Notes: generated by a model not told the origin, from the sequence alone. 64,000 nt of DNA from an uncultured Thermococci archaeon (GCA_964595645.1 CAZQQT010000001.1:32001-96000); one strand, 5' to 3'. Shown: positions 26,742-37,093, counted from the first letter of the stretch. Made by a program: numbers and translations.

Positions 26742-28253
26742 ATGATAAAAATAAAAGAGAAAATAATGGGTCTTGTTCTTTTACTGCTCATTTGTGTTTC
26801 AATGTGTTCAGAAGCTCCAGATACACAGACAGATCAATTAACGGTAACCAAATTTGTTTTCTGTACGAACGTTCTCCAAAACGGAGAGTATACTCTCCGT
26901 GCCAATGCTCAGTTCACAACAGAAGAAAGTATTCACCTTTATTTTGAAATTCAAAATATGAAAGTCGATGAAACGGATGGAAAGTATGCAGTCTCGCTGA
27001 AATGGGATTCTCTAAGGATATACAAGGCTGGAACACTCGTTGATGAAAAGCATAATGTGTTAAATTATAGTCAGCAGTTCGATACAGATGTTTCTTATGT
27101 GTGGATGTCGAGACCTCTCGACGTGACACAGCCCGGCACCTACGAAGTACACGTGAAGGTGATAGACACTTACACAGGAAATGAAGTCACGAAGAAAGGG
27201 ACATTTACTATTCTTACAGCAACGGGAGAGGTTCCATCGGATACACCGTCCTCTTCTTCAACTACACCATCGTCCTCTACCTCTGTCACAGAGCAGGATA
27301 TCGATGTGACGTACTACTACTTCCCCCAGATACCATCAGCTACATACCATCTTTTCGGCAATGTATACCAACACTATGTCGATGTTGAGTTGGTCAACAA
27401 CAGCAGTCAGGAGATACGAACGAAGATAGAGGCACAGATCATGAACTTCACCGATGCATCCTTCCAGACGGTGGATATCCCCGCAAATGAAAGCGGTGTA
27501 GTGAGTTTGACACCTCCCCTCATGCCGAATGTGTTGGATCTTCTCTCCGAACAGAAACGGACGAATTTCCACATCAAGGTCACGTACGTTGAAAACGGCG
27601 TAGAGAAGTTAGTGTTTGAGGATACGGTCTCGGTGACGATGCTCGCAAAACGAGATATGGTGCTCTGGATGGAAAACATCGATTTCAGGGAGAACATTGC
27701 TGCGTGGGTCACACCAAATGATTCATCCATCGATGGCTTCTTTTCCACTGCGAAGAAGTACATGCCCGGTGGATCCTTCTCGGGGTACCAAGAGGATGAA
27801 GAAGGTGTGTTCAATCAGTTGGAGAAGATCTACTATACTTTGAAGACGGAGTACAAGATCTCCTACGTGAGTACACCGAACTTCAGAACGTATAATAATG
27901 GGGAGGATGTGATCCAGCGGATCCGGTTCCCCTCCGAGACACTGCAGAGCGGTATCGGGAACTGTATCGAGACAACAGTACTTTTTGCCTCCATCTTTGA
28001 GTCCTTGGAACTGCAAACAGCGATAATGTTCCGACCTGGCCACGCCTACGTGGCGGTGAAAACACATGAGTACTGGTACTTCATCGAGACAACAATGCTT
28101 GGACAGCAGGATGTTTCCTTTTACGATGCGTTACGAGTCGGTCTTGACACGTATAACAAAGATAAGCCCCACCTGGACAACAACGAGGAGGGGTATCTTA
28201 TTCTCCATATCAGTGACTGTCGAGCCGCAGGTATCTCACCTATCGAGGGTTAA
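26742..28253 (+). CDS. Secreted/lipid-anchored protein with Ig-like domains and transglutaminase-like Cys-His domain
   Basis: Signal peptide ending SMC, Ser/Thr linker, QRIRFPSETL..GNCIET..FAS, PGHAY, IETT. Confidence 0.75.
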   Translation: MIKIKEKIMGLVLLLLICVSMCSEAPDTQTDQLTVTKFVFCTNVLQNGEYTLRANAQFTTEESIHLYFEIQNMKVDETDGKYAVSLKWDSLRIYKAGTLVDEKHNVLNYSQQFDTDVSYVWMSRPLDVTQPGTYEVHVKVIDTYTGNEVTKKGTFTILTATGEVPSDTPSSSSTTPSSSTSVTEQDIDVTYYYFPQIPSATYHLFGNVYQHYVDVELVNNSSQEIRTKIEAQIMNFTDASFQTVDIPANESGVVSLTPPLMPNVLDLLSEQKRTNFHIKVTYVENGVEKLVFEDTVSVTMLAKRDMVLWMENIDFRENIAAWVTPNDSSIDGFFSTAKKYMPGGSFSGYQEDEEGVFNQLEKIYYTLKTEYKISYVSTPNFRTYNNGEDVIQRIRFPSETLQSGIGNCIETTVLFASIFESLELQTAIMFRPGHAYVAVKTHEYWYFIETTMLGQQDVSFYDALRVGLDTYNKDKPHLDNNEEGYLILHISDCRAAGISPIEG

Positions 28254-29533
28254 TCCCTCTTTTCTATTTTCTCAAATCCTGTGTACTTTCGCAGTGCCTT
28301 TGGTACAGTGACGCTACCATCTTCATTTTGGAACTGCTCGATGATTGCGAGCATTGTTCGGCTTGTGGCAAGCGCTGTATTGTTCAGTGTATGCACAGAC
28401 CCAGCCGGTGGTTTTCCCTCTTCCTCCCTGTACCGTATATTGAGTCTTCTTGCCTGGTAATCGGTACAGTTCGAGTTCGATCCAAGCTCTCTGAATGTCC
28501 CGTCGATCATCCACATCTCGATATCGTACTTTTTGGCAGCTATCGAGCCGATATCACCAGTACAGACATTCACTACTCTAAAATGAAGACCCAGTCCATC
28601 GTACAGTTCCTCCGCGTTCTTCTGCAATTCCTCGTGGAACTGCCACGAGTTATCGGGATGAGAGAATATAAATTGTTCAACTTTATTGAACTGGTGCATT
28701 CTGTAGAGTCCCTTGGTATATTTCCCATGGGTGCCCACCTCTCTTCTGAAACATGGGCTGAATCCAACAAGTTTAATGGGAAGATCCCTTTCATTGAGTA
28801 CTTCGTCCATAAACATCGCGGCCATGGGATGTTCACTGGTGGCAATCAGGTAAAGATCATCATTCTCTATTTTGTACATGACATTCTCAAAATCACTGAG
28901 GTCCGTTACCCCCTCATACGGCTCTCTCCGCATCATGAAGGGAGGCTCGATGAGGGTATACCCTTGTGCTGTGAGGAACTCAATTGCATATGACATAATT
29001 GCTCTATCAAGCTTTACAAGATCACCTTTGAGATAATAAAACCCATGGCCAGTTACTTTTGAACCCCGCTCATCGTCCATGAGGTCGAGATCTACAAGAA
29101 TATCCAAATGACTTTTGGGCTCAAAATCAAACTCTGGAGGGGTACCAACCTTTTTTATTTCAACGTTATCATGCTCGTCTTCGCCTACAGGTACGGATTC
29201 ATGGAGGATATTGGGCAATCGTATCAGATAGTAATCTCTTTTCTCTTTCTTCTCTCGCATTTTCTCTTCCAGCGTTTCTATTTTTTCTGGTATTTCAGCG
29301 GCTTTTTTTATTTTCCCTGATGCATCTTTACCTTTCTTTTTTAATTCACTTATTTTTAGTGCAATCTTGTTTCTTTCGTGTCTTAGCCTGTCTGTTTCTT
29401 TTTTAAGCTCTCTCCACTCCTTATCGAGTGCTCTTGTTTCATCTACCCATTTAAGTTTCTCAGCATCCTCTCTCTTCTTCAGATCTTCTCTCACCACATC
29501 GGGATTATCTCTGATCAGGTTAATATCGAGCAT
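28250..29533 (-). CDS. serS: Seryl-tRNA synthetase (type 1)
   Basis: Coiled-coil arm, LIATSEH, CFRRE, HQFNKVEQF, SNSNCTDYQARRL, HTLNNT. Confidence 0.98.
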   Translation of the reverse strand: MLDINLIRDNPDVVREDLKKREDAEKLKWVDETRALDKEWRELKKETDRLRHERNKIALKISELKKKGKDASGKIKKAAEIPEKIETLEEKMREKKEKRDYYLIRLPNILHESVPVGEDEHDNVEIKKVGTPPEFDFEPKSHLDILVDLDLMDDERGSKVTGHGFYYLKGDLVKLDRAIMSYAIEFLTAQGYTLIEPPFMMRREPYEGVTDLSDFENVMYKIENDDLYLIATSEHPMAAMFMDEVLNERDLPIKLVGFSPCFRREVGTHGKYTKGLYRMHQFNKVEQFIFSHPDNSWQFHEELQKNAEELYDGLGLHFRVVNVCTGDIGSIAAKKYDIEMWMIDGTFRELGSNSNCTDYQARRLNIRYREEEGKPPAGSVHTLNNTALATSRTMLAIIEQFQNEDGSVTVPKALRKYTGFEKIEKRD

Positions 29534-29573
29534 ACCCCTTCTTAACCAATACTATTTAAAATGGTTTCGCTGT

Positions 29574-30125
29574 ATGAGTAGTATGCTGGTGGATTTTCTC
29601 GTGGAGATAGGGAAATTAAAGCGTATCAAGCGATCCGGATGGATCATTAATGGAATCGATGGGGAGAGCGTAGCAGATCACTGTTTCAGAACTGCTGTGC
29701 TGAGCATGCTTCTCGGTGATCACCTCAAGGATATGTATGAAATCGATATGGAAAAGCTCCTGCGGATTGCAATACTGCACGATCTGGCGGAAAGTAAGGT
29801 AGGTGATATTCCGTATGAAGCACTCAAGTATATAGGGGAAGAAACCAAACAACGAGCAGAAAAGAACGCTTGCAGCGATTTGTTTTCTGGTATAGAACAT
29901 GGCGATGGGTACTACGATCTCTGGGAGGAGTTTGAAGAACGAAAGAGCATTGAGGCTCGAATCGTCAGGGCAGCGGACAAACTGGAGATGATGATTCAGT
30001 GCTACGAATATGAGCGACAGGGATACACGCTGGATCGATTCTGGGAGAATGAGTATAATTTCAAAGACTTCGAGTTTGACATTGTGAAGGAGATCTTTGA
30101 AGAGTTAAAGCGGAGACGAGATTAA
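29574..30125 (+). CDS. HD-domain hydrolase (YfbR/HDDC2-like 5'-deoxynucleotidase)
   Basis: LKRIKRSGW, ESVADH, HDLAE..GD, ADKLE. Confidence 0.92.
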   Translation: MSSMLVDFLVEIGKLKRIKRSGWIINGIDGESVADHCFRTAVLSMLLGDHLKDMYEIDMEKLLRIAILHDLAESKVGDIPYEALKYIGEETKQRAEKNACSDLFSGIEHGDGYYDLWEEFEERKSIEARIVRAADKLEMMIQCYEYERQGYTLDRFWENEYNFKDFEFDIVKEIFEELKRRRD

Positions 30126-32890
30126 TCCCAGTACTTCCGTGTCTTCACGTACTGTTTCTCCGCCTCCAAGATATTCTTTAAAAATTTGTCCTCATTTACG
30201 TGCATCCTCGCGAGAATTCTGGAGGCGGTCTGTGGCCCTACGCCTCTGGCTACCAGCGCCATGGCTGCCTTTTTCCCGTAGGCGAGCATGAGATCTGCCG
30301 TTCGCTTGGCGTGCATTACCAGCTCTTCCTCTTCTTCGGATATCTCCTGTTGTTTCAATCGCTTTTTAATTGCTTGCATCGTCTTTTTATCTTTTTTTCT
30401 GAGGATTGCGAGGAATCGTGCCTGGCAGTTTCTGCACCGGGGGTACTCATCCATATGCTTGATTGTTTTGGTCATGTACCACTCGCCACAGTGCACGCAG
30501 AAGAGCTTTACCCGCTTATTTTCCAACCGTTTTTTCAGGACCTTCAGTATCTCCTTCATCGGTTTCTTCGGTGTGACGATGCCCGATGCGCCCATTTTTG
30601 TGAGAATTGGGAAGGCGAAGGGTGAGGGCTCTTTGGAGTGCACCATCTCGATATCGTACTCTTCCACATTAATCTTTTCGACAATACGTTCAGTGGTGTC
30701 AATATCCAGTTTCTCGTTGAAAATCTCCCTGAAGGTCTCCTCAAAGAGCGGTGAGTCTTCAAAGGTGTAGAAAAGCTTTTTTATGTGGTAACCTTCGGCA
30801 TCCTTTGTGAGTGCACCGAATCTCTTTGCGATCTGGGCAAGTTTCCACTGGAACAGTGAGGAACGCTGCAGTGTAAGCTCAAGGATCGGCCTCACCTGCT
30901 CAGGTTTGAGATTTTTTAGGACCTCCTCGAGAATTCCGCCGTCTGCCCTCACGGGGAACTTGAAGCAGATTCTATAGGGATCTGCCCTCACCGCGACGCT
31001 TGAGCCGAACCGGGAGGAAAGAATCGAGGAGAGCACCATACTTAGCGTCTCGTTCACGATTGTACCAAAACACGCGTGGAGAATCACGTAGTTCTCATAT
31101 GTCTCTATCACGAGATGCTCATCCGTGGGAAGCGCACCTTTTCCTTGTTTTTCTATATATTCCTGTACTTTTTCTAATGATGTATCATCTGCTATGTAGG
31201 TGTGTAAATCTTCTCGAACAGCGATGGAGCGCCGCAATCTTCCGACTTCTTGGGCAATCTCGTAAGGTACAGGGATCAGCTCCCCTTCCCATCCAGGCAC
31301 GCCTCCAATATTTTCAGCCTCGCTGACAAGCACCTTCCCTTCATTAATCTCGAGAATCTCCCACGCTCTCCCCTTGACCGTGAACACCGTTCCGACCTCT
31401 GCTCTCGTCTCGATAAACTCTTCGTCCAGTACACCGATGCTCTTCCCCGATCCGATATCCTTGATAGTGTACTGTTTTGTATCAGGAATCATAGAGAGAT
31501 TGCTGAAATAGTACTGGAAGGCTGCCTTTTTCCTGCCGAAGATCTCTTCATCTCTCCACAAGATTCCAATGTACCTCATTATCTCGACGACATCCCCCAG
31601 TGTTTCTTTGGTAAGCGAGTGGTATGGATACGCCCGTGTGACTATCACATGTGCATCCTCTATTTCCATCTTGTAATTTTCGATTGCCAGACCGGTGATC
31701 TGGTGGGCGAGGACATCGAGGGCATTTTTCTGGACACGTGTATCCTCCAGTTCTCCTTCTAGTGTTCTTCTCACGATCACCATGGTCTCGAGGATGTCGT
31801 CCTCATCGTGAACAATGATCACCCCTTTGGATAGACCCTCCGCGGTGTGGCCACTTCGTCCCACTCGTTGGACGAGTCGGCACACCTGTCTCGGCGACAT
31901 GTACTGAATAACAAGATCCACCGATCCCACATCGATACCCAATTCCATGGACGAGGTGCAGACCAGCGATTTCAGCTCTTCATTTTTGAACTGTTCCTCC
32001 GTTTCAATCCGCATTTCCTTTGAGAGAGACGAGTGGTGGACATCTATATCGGTATCCATTAAATTGAATCGCGATGAGAGAATTTCAGCCCTATCCCGGG
32101 TGTTTACAAAGGTGAGGACACTCCTGTGCTGATCCACGAGTTCTCGGATCTTTCGCAATCGTGCAGCAGTTTCTGGTCCTATTTCGAGTTCGTCAGACCA
32201 CTGGTAATCGTCATCTACAGGAGTGGGACAAACAATGGAGAGATCCATGTCCTTTGTTTCTGCGGTGTTCACGATTTCCACAGACCTGTTCCCTGCTAGG
32301 AACTGTGCCACTTCCTTCGGCGATCCCACTGTCGCGGAAAGTCCTACTCTCAAAAACTCGCCTGCCCGTTCCACCAACCGCTCAAGACCGAGGGAGAGTT
32401 GAAATCCGCGTTTGTCTACGGCGAGTTCGTGTATCTCATCTACAATCACATACTTCACTTTTTTTAGATGTTTTCTCATCACCTTTCCCACCATGATTGC
32501 TTGGAGCGTCTCGGGGGTAGTGATAAGGATATCAGGAGGTGATAACGCCTGCTGCCGCCGCTGGTACTGTGTGGTATCTCCGTGGCGTACTTCAATCTGG
32601 AGATCGAGATGCTCACACCACCATCTGAGCCGCCGGAGAAGATCTCTGTTGAGCGCCCGCAACGGCGCAATGTAAACTGCTTTTATTCCTTCTTCCTCCA
32701 TTTCGCACACGTTTCCCAGAACAGGGAGAATCGCTGCCTCTGTTTTCCCTGATCCTGTTTTCGCAATAATAAGAGTATGGTTACCGTCAAGAATTTGTGG
32801 AATTCCCAGTTTCTGGGGTTCTGTGGGTGATTCCCATTCTCGCTCTTCGAGAAGTTCCTGAACCTTGGGGTGCAGACGCTCGTAGACCAT
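30122..32890 (-). CDS. lhr: Lhr-family SF2 helicase with C-terminal Zn finger
   Basis: TGSGKTEAA, RHGDT, TTPE, DEIH, SAT, HHSSLS, SMELGID, QRVGRSGH, CxxC..CxxC. Confidence 0.95.
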   Translation of the reverse strand: MVYERLHPKVQELLEEREWESPTEPQKLGIPQILDGNHTLIIAKTGSGKTEAAILPVLGNVCEMEEEGIKAVYIAPLRALNRDLLRRLRWWCEHLDLQIEVRHGDTTQYQRRQQALSPPDILITTPETLQAIMVGKVMRKHLKKVKYVIVDEIHELAVDKRGFQLSLGLERLVERAGEFLRVGLSATVGSPKEVAQFLAGNRSVEIVNTAETKDMDLSIVCPTPVDDDYQWSDELEIGPETAARLRKIRELVDQHRSVLTFVNTRDRAEILSSRFNLMDTDIDVHHSSLSKEMRIETEEQFKNEELKSLVCTSSMELGIDVGSVDLVIQYMSPRQVCRLVQRVGRSGHTAEGLSKGVIIVHDEDDILETMVIVRRTLEGELEDTRVQKNALDVLAHQITGLAIENYKMEIEDAHVIVTRAYPYHSLTKETLGDVVEIMRYIGILWRDEEIFGRKKAAFQYYFSNLSMIPDTKQYTIKDIGSGKSIGVLDEEFIETRAEVGTVFTVKGRAWEILEINEGKVLVSEAENIGGVPGWEGELIPVPYEIAQEVGRLRRSIAVREDLHTYIADDTSLEKVQEYIEKQGKGALPTDEHLVIETYENYVILHACFGTIVNETLSMVLSSILSSRFGSSVAVRADPYRICFKFPVRADGGILEEVLKNLKPEQVRPILELTLQRSSLFQWKLAQIAKRFGALTKDAEGYHIKKLFYTFEDSPLFEETFREIFNEKLDIDTTERIVEKINVEEYDIEMVHSKEPSPFAFPILTKMGASGIVTPKKPMKEILKVLKKRLENKRVKLFCVHCGEWYMTKTIKHMDEYPRCRNCQARFLAILRKKDKKTMQAIKKRLKQQEISEEEEELVMHAKRTADLMLAYGKKAAMALVARGVGPQTASRILARMHVNEDKFLKNILEAEKQYVKTRKYWD

Positions 32891-32965
32891 AACATTGTCC
32901 CTCTGAAGAGAAGAATAAAAGGATTTCTATGGGGAGATGTACACAATATAATAAGTAGATGATCA

Positions 32966-33727
32966 CTACAAAAACCCAACTCTGATAATTCCAAACACGT
33001 ACAGTATCGTGACAATAACCGGCTGGTGGAGCAGGTAGATCTGGAGCGATTTCTTTCCCAGAAAAGAGAGAAGCCGGATAAAACGATGGTGGGAGAGATC
33101 CGGGAGAGAGAATCGTCGTGTGTAGTGAGGATACAGCGTGTTGCCCACAGCTAACCCTATGAGTACGGCACCGAACCATGGAAGTAGAGGGAAGTAATCT
33201 ACGGTGACAAACTGTTGCGGCCGGAACCCTATCCACAATAACCAAGGCCCTTCGACAGTTACTGTTGTTAAATAAAATCCAACGCCTATTACAGCAAATG
33301 CCAACAGGAGATTGGTGAAGCGACGGTGGATCACAGGATACGCGAGGATAATTGAGGTACCGATGAGATGGAGCACACCGAATCGAATATAATGGTCTCC
33401 CAGGAATACCCATGTGACTGCAGTAATGATCAGCCCCCATGAGAAGATCTTCAATCCTCTTGTGAGATACTTCCTCCAGAACGATTTGCCAGGGGTACGT
33501 TGGGTCGCGCGGGAGTAGCTGAGTGTCAATGAGACACCTACCAGTGATATAAATACGGTAGCCGTTGTCACGGCGAAATAATCCCAGAAATCAGACTGTA
33601 GAAACGCATACCCGCCGTGAAAGAATTTCAGATCGGTGATTGTGTTGGAAACTACCATCATGCAGATACCAATTCCTCGGAGCATGTCTACTTCCCAGAA
33701 TCGCTGCGTCAGCTGTGTGCCCATCAT
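32966..33727 (-). CDS. DUF1624/heparan-alpha-glucosaminide N-acetyltransferase-like membrane protein
   Basis: RFWEVDMLRG, FGVLHLIG, DYFPLLPW, GKKSLQIYLLHQP. Confidence 0.88.
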   Translation of the reverse strand: MMGTQLTQRFWEVDMLRGIGICMMVVSNTITDLKFFHGGYAFLQSDFWDYFAVTTATVFISLVGVSLTLSYSRATQRTPGKSFWRKYLTRGLKIFSWGLIITAVTWVFLGDHYIRFGVLHLIGTSIILAYPVIHRRFTNLLLAFAVIGVGFYLTTVTVEGPWLLWIGFRPQQFVTVDYFPLLPWFGAVLIGLAVGNTLYPHYTRRFSLPDLSHHRFIRLLSFLGKKSLQIYLLHQPVIVTILYVFGIIRVGFL

Positions 33728-33797
33728 TCTCTTTTTTGAGTAGAACATATAAATCTCACGGCAAGAGGTATTTAAGGTTTGGAACCTCACGTGGAGT

Positions 33798-34616
33798 ATG
33801 GTGCGAATTGCATGTGTACAGGTGGGAGCGGAGAAAGATCGTGAGACGTCTCTTGCGAAGGTGGATCAGTTGCTCGAGAGTGCGTCGTCGCAAGGAGCAG
33901 CCATCGCATGTCTCCCCGAACTTACCGTGGATCAGTTCTTTCCTCAGTACTTCGGTGAGGAAAAGTTTTTCTCACTCGCAGAGCCGTTGGATGGTCCGCT
34001 TGTACGGCAGTTCCAGCAACTGGCGAAAAAATACCGTATCGCACTCATTCCCAATCTATACGAAAAGGGAGAGAAACCCGATACGTACTACGATACCTCA
34101 CCGGTGATCGATGCCAGTGGAACGCTTGTGGGATCGCAGCAGATGATGCATATCACCGAAGATCCGACGGAAGACGAAAAGTTCTACTACACTCCAGGGG
34201 ATCGGGGATACCATGTGTTTTCCGTGGCCGACGTTACAGTAGGTATTGCTATATGCTACGACCGCCATTTCCCCGAGCATATGCGGATTTTAACGCTTCG
34301 GGGTGCAGAGATCATTTTTGTCCCTACAGCCACTACCGCACTGCACAAAGAGGCGTGGGAAGTAGAAGCGAGGGCCAATGCTATTGTGAACGGTGTCTTC
34401 GTTGCACAGACAAACAAAGTGGGAAAAGAGGGAGATCTGGAGTTCTTTGGGAATAGTCTTGTGGTGGATCCGAAGGGTACAATAATTGCGAAGGCCTCGA
34501 GAAAGGAAGAACCATTAATCGTGGATATCGATCCAACACGTATTCCAGAGACGCGAGAGGAATGGCCGTTTCTTCGGGACAGACGGCCTGAAATCTACGG
34601 AGAGCTAACATGTTAA
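33798..34616 (+). CDS. Carbon-nitrogen hydrolase (nitrilase superfamily, amidase-like)
   Basis: LPEL, EKFYYTPG, ICYDRHFPE, FFGNS, RDRRPE. Confidence 0.92.
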   Translation: MVRIACVQVGAEKDRETSLAKVDQLLESASSQGAAIACLPELTVDQFFPQYFGEEKFFSLAEPLDGPLVRQFQQLAKKYRIALIPNLYEKGEKPDTYYDTSPVIDASGTLVGSQQMMHITEDPTEDEKFYYTPGDRGYHVFSVADVTVGIAICYDRHFPEHMRILTLRGAEIIFVPTATTALHKEAWEVEARANAIVNGVFVAQTNKVGKEGDLEFFGNSLVVDPKGTIIAKASRKEEPLIVDIDPTRIPETREEWPFLRDRRPEIYGELTC

Positions 34617-35152
34617 GGCTTCTTAAAGTTCAGCACGGTATCCTCAACAAGTGTACGGTTATGGAGTATCGTGGTCACGAGCTTCTTCTCAAAAAGGAAG
34701 TTCATCCGTTGCATTTCCTTATATACATCCTCGGTGTTCATATGTCGCGGATAGACAGAAATTAGCCCATCAGATTTAACTATTCGCTGTATCTTACATA
34801 ACAGTTCTTTTCTTTTGGAAGGAGTGAAATAGTGTGAGTGAAGTACATCATACAAAAGTACCACGTCGATGAACGTGTTATCTAATGGAATGTTGATCTC
34901 TCTTGTTGTATGGAGTATCTCAATATTTGAGAGATTCCGTGCATGGACCTTTCTTCTAACAGTAGATAGTCTATCTTCTCGTTTATCGAGCGCGTACACC
35001 TTTCCGTTTCTCCCAACAAGATGAGCAGCGGGAATGGTGTAGTAGCCACGTCCACACCCAAAATCGAGGACAGTATCACCATTACTGATACCAATATTTG
35101 TTAGAAAGTCCTCTGCATGTACTGTTAACCATTTTTCTACGTCATCTTCCAT
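34613..35152 (-). CDS. Class I SAM-dependent methyltransferase
   Basis: VLDFGCGRG, KVYALD, DVVLLYDVLH. Confidence 0.88.
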   Translation of the reverse strand: MEDDVEKWLTVHAEDFLTNIGISNGDTVLDFGCGRGYYTIPAAHLVGRNGKVYALDKREDRLSTVRRKVHARNLSNIEILHTTREINIPLDNTFIDVVLLYDVLHSHYFTPSKRKELLCKIQRIVKSDGLISVYPRHMNTEDVYKEMQRMNFLFEKKLVTTILHNRTLVEDTVLNFKKP

Positions 35153-35179
35153 TTTCTCAAGAACCGTCTATTTATTTAC

Positions 35180-35728
35180 TTAACGGGAGTACTTTCCCAT
35201 CAATGTAGCTTCAGCGAGAATGTGTCCGTCCATTGCATCGACGAGTCGTGCCTTCGTTGCTCCTTCTTGCAGATCGAGTGTCGTGTCGAGGGCGTAGAGC
35301 TTGAAGAAGTACCGGTGTGTACCCGATGGTGGACAGGGACCACCGTATTCGAGCTTCCCAAAATCATTTTTCCCACGAGAGTACGTGATTTTCTCGTCTT
35401 CTTCGAGTTTCGAAACCTCTGCGGGAATGTTCCATACTACCCAGTGGACCCAGGTTCCTGCAGGGGCATCGGGATCGTCTACTATCAACGCGAGGCTCTC
35501 GACGTCCTCGGGAATATTACTGAAGGTCAATGGTGGGGAGATGTCCGCACCGGCACACGTATACTTACTGGGAATCGTTCCCGCATGGACAAACGCACTG
35601 CTGGATATTTTCATGGATGATTCACCTCCTGATGGTGTAGTGGATTCCTTCTTCCCTGTGCATCCTGCGAAGAGTAAGAGACAGACAAGAACGAACCCTC
35701 CGATGCTGAATACATTCAGCTTTCTCAT
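35180..35728 (-). CDS. YbhB/YbcL (PEBP) family lipoprotein
   Basis: Lipobox AGC, DDPDAP, WVHW, GPCPP, HRYFF. Confidence 0.93.
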   Translation of the reverse strand: MRKLNVFSIGGFVLVCLLLFAGCTGKKESTTPSGGESSMKISSSAFVHAGTIPSKYTCAGADISPPLTFSNIPEDVESLALIVDDPDAPAGTWVHWVVWNIPAEVSKLEEDEKITYSRGKNDFGKLEYGGPCPPSGTHRYFFKLYALDTTLDLQEGATKARLVDAMDGHILAEATLMGKYSR

Positions 35729-35767
35729 TACTAATAATCCCTCTTATTCCTTAAATATGTTGCGGAT

Positions 35768-36709
35768 TTAGTCCTCTTCGAACATCGGCCCTTCGACATC
35801 GCCGTCCTGATTATAGCCTCTTTGTTCCCAGTACCCTCGGTAGCTAGGATCATCGCTCAGCTCGATTTTCGTGACCCACTTGATCCACTTGTATCCCCAC
35901 TTTTCCTCGGCGACGAGTTGGGAGGGAAATCCTTTTTCTGGGGTAAGGGTCACGTTGTTCATTTTGTATGCGAGGAGAATATCGTTATCAACAATGTAGT
36001 CCAACGGCAGTGAGGTTGAGTATCCATCGTACGCGTAGAATATTACGGTGTTCGCCTGTGGAGTGATTCCAGCCATGTCAAGGAGATCTTTTACCAGTAC
36101 GCCTTCCCAGAGGATGGTGATACTCCATCCCTCCACACAGTGGAGGGCCATTACTTTCCGGTACCGTTGAAACGCGAGAACATCCTCGTAGGTGAGCTCT
36201 TTCTCTGCATCCACGAGCCCAGTGAGTGTTAACCGGTATGTATCTTTCTCGATATTCTGGGGACCTTTTATCGACGTAGTTCTCACCGCAGAAAAGGGAG
36301 TGAGTTTCTCCCCCTCATACTCTGTGATCTCGACATCGTCCAGATCCTTCACCGGAGACTCATCAGGTGATTTTGACTCTTCAGGAACTTCCGTACATCC
36401 AGATACCATCGCGAGACTCACAATGAGGGCAATGAGTAGTGTATTTTTCATTTTTTCATGGAATATTGTGCATGTCATTGCTACTATCCACCGCCAGTGA
36501 AGGAGAAGGTGGATAAGTACTAGGATCCCCATGAAAAGACCGCTCCAGTCGTGTATCTCAGAGAGCGTGTACATCGGGAGTGATCGGATACCGAGCACAC
36601 GAAGTACCGCCGGATATTTCACGAGAAATTTAATAAATCCTGTACCAAAATTTGCGATGAACAGAAATAGGAGCCCTATGTCAATGAAATAATTTATTTT
36701 TCGATCCAT
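35768..36709 (-). CDS. Sulfite-oxidase-family molybdopterin oxidoreductase with N-terminal DUF4405-like membrane domain
   Basis: IHDW..IHLLLHW, LHCVEGWS, DGYSTSL, WGYKWIKW, GYWEQRGY. Confidence 0.88.
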   Translation of the reverse strand: MDRKINYFIDIGLLFLFIANFGTGFIKFLVKYPAVLRVLGIRSLPMYTLSEIHDWSGLFMGILVLIHLLLHWRWIVAMTCTIFHEKMKNTLLIALIVSLAMVSGCTEVPEESKSPDESPVKDLDDVEITEYEGEKLTPFSAVRTTSIKGPQNIEKDTYRLTLTGLVDAEKELTYEDVLAFQRYRKVMALHCVEGWSITILWEGVLVKDLLDMAGITPQANTVIFYAYDGYSTSLPLDYIVDNDILLAYKMNNVTLTPEKGFPSQLVAEEKWGYKWIKWVTKIELSDDPSYRGYWEQRGYNQDGDVEGPMFEED

Positions 36710-36781
36710 ATACAATTTTTGATAGAGAATGTTAAATACTTTTTGTGTGGATGTTTCTATCACAACGTTTTCAATCGATTC

Positions 36782-37093
36782 TCATCGTGGCTTCCACTGA
36801 TACTCTTTTAAATCGATGGTGCCATTCTCGTCGAATGTTACTCCCTCACGTTCCAGAAGTGCCTTCTGTAGTCCGTATCCACCGCCTCGAGGCAGCGATA
36901 TTTGTCCCTTCTTGTTTACCACCCGATGCCACGGGAGATCGTATTTTTTGGATGAGGAACTGAGTACCCACACTACCTGCCGTGCACCCCGTGGATTTCC
37001 TGCGGCAACAGCTATCTGACCATAGATCGCGACTTTTCCCGATGGAATTTGTTTGATAATCGCTCGTACGCGCTGTGTGAAGGATGCAGACAT
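36782..37093 (-). CDS. Alkyltransferase-like (ATL) protein
   Basis: IPSGKVAIYGQIA, ARQV, PWHRV (Trp in place of catalytic Cys). Confidence 0.9.
   Translation of the reverse strand: MSASFTQRVRAIIKQIPSGKVAIYGQIAVAAGNPRGARQVVWVLSSSSKKYDLPWHRVVNKKGQISLPRGGGYGLQKALLEREGVTFDENGTIDLKEYQWKPR

Noticed and set aside
27241-27290. Short imperfect direct repeat
   Set aside because: Encodes the TPSSS Ser/Thr linker, not a DNA element.
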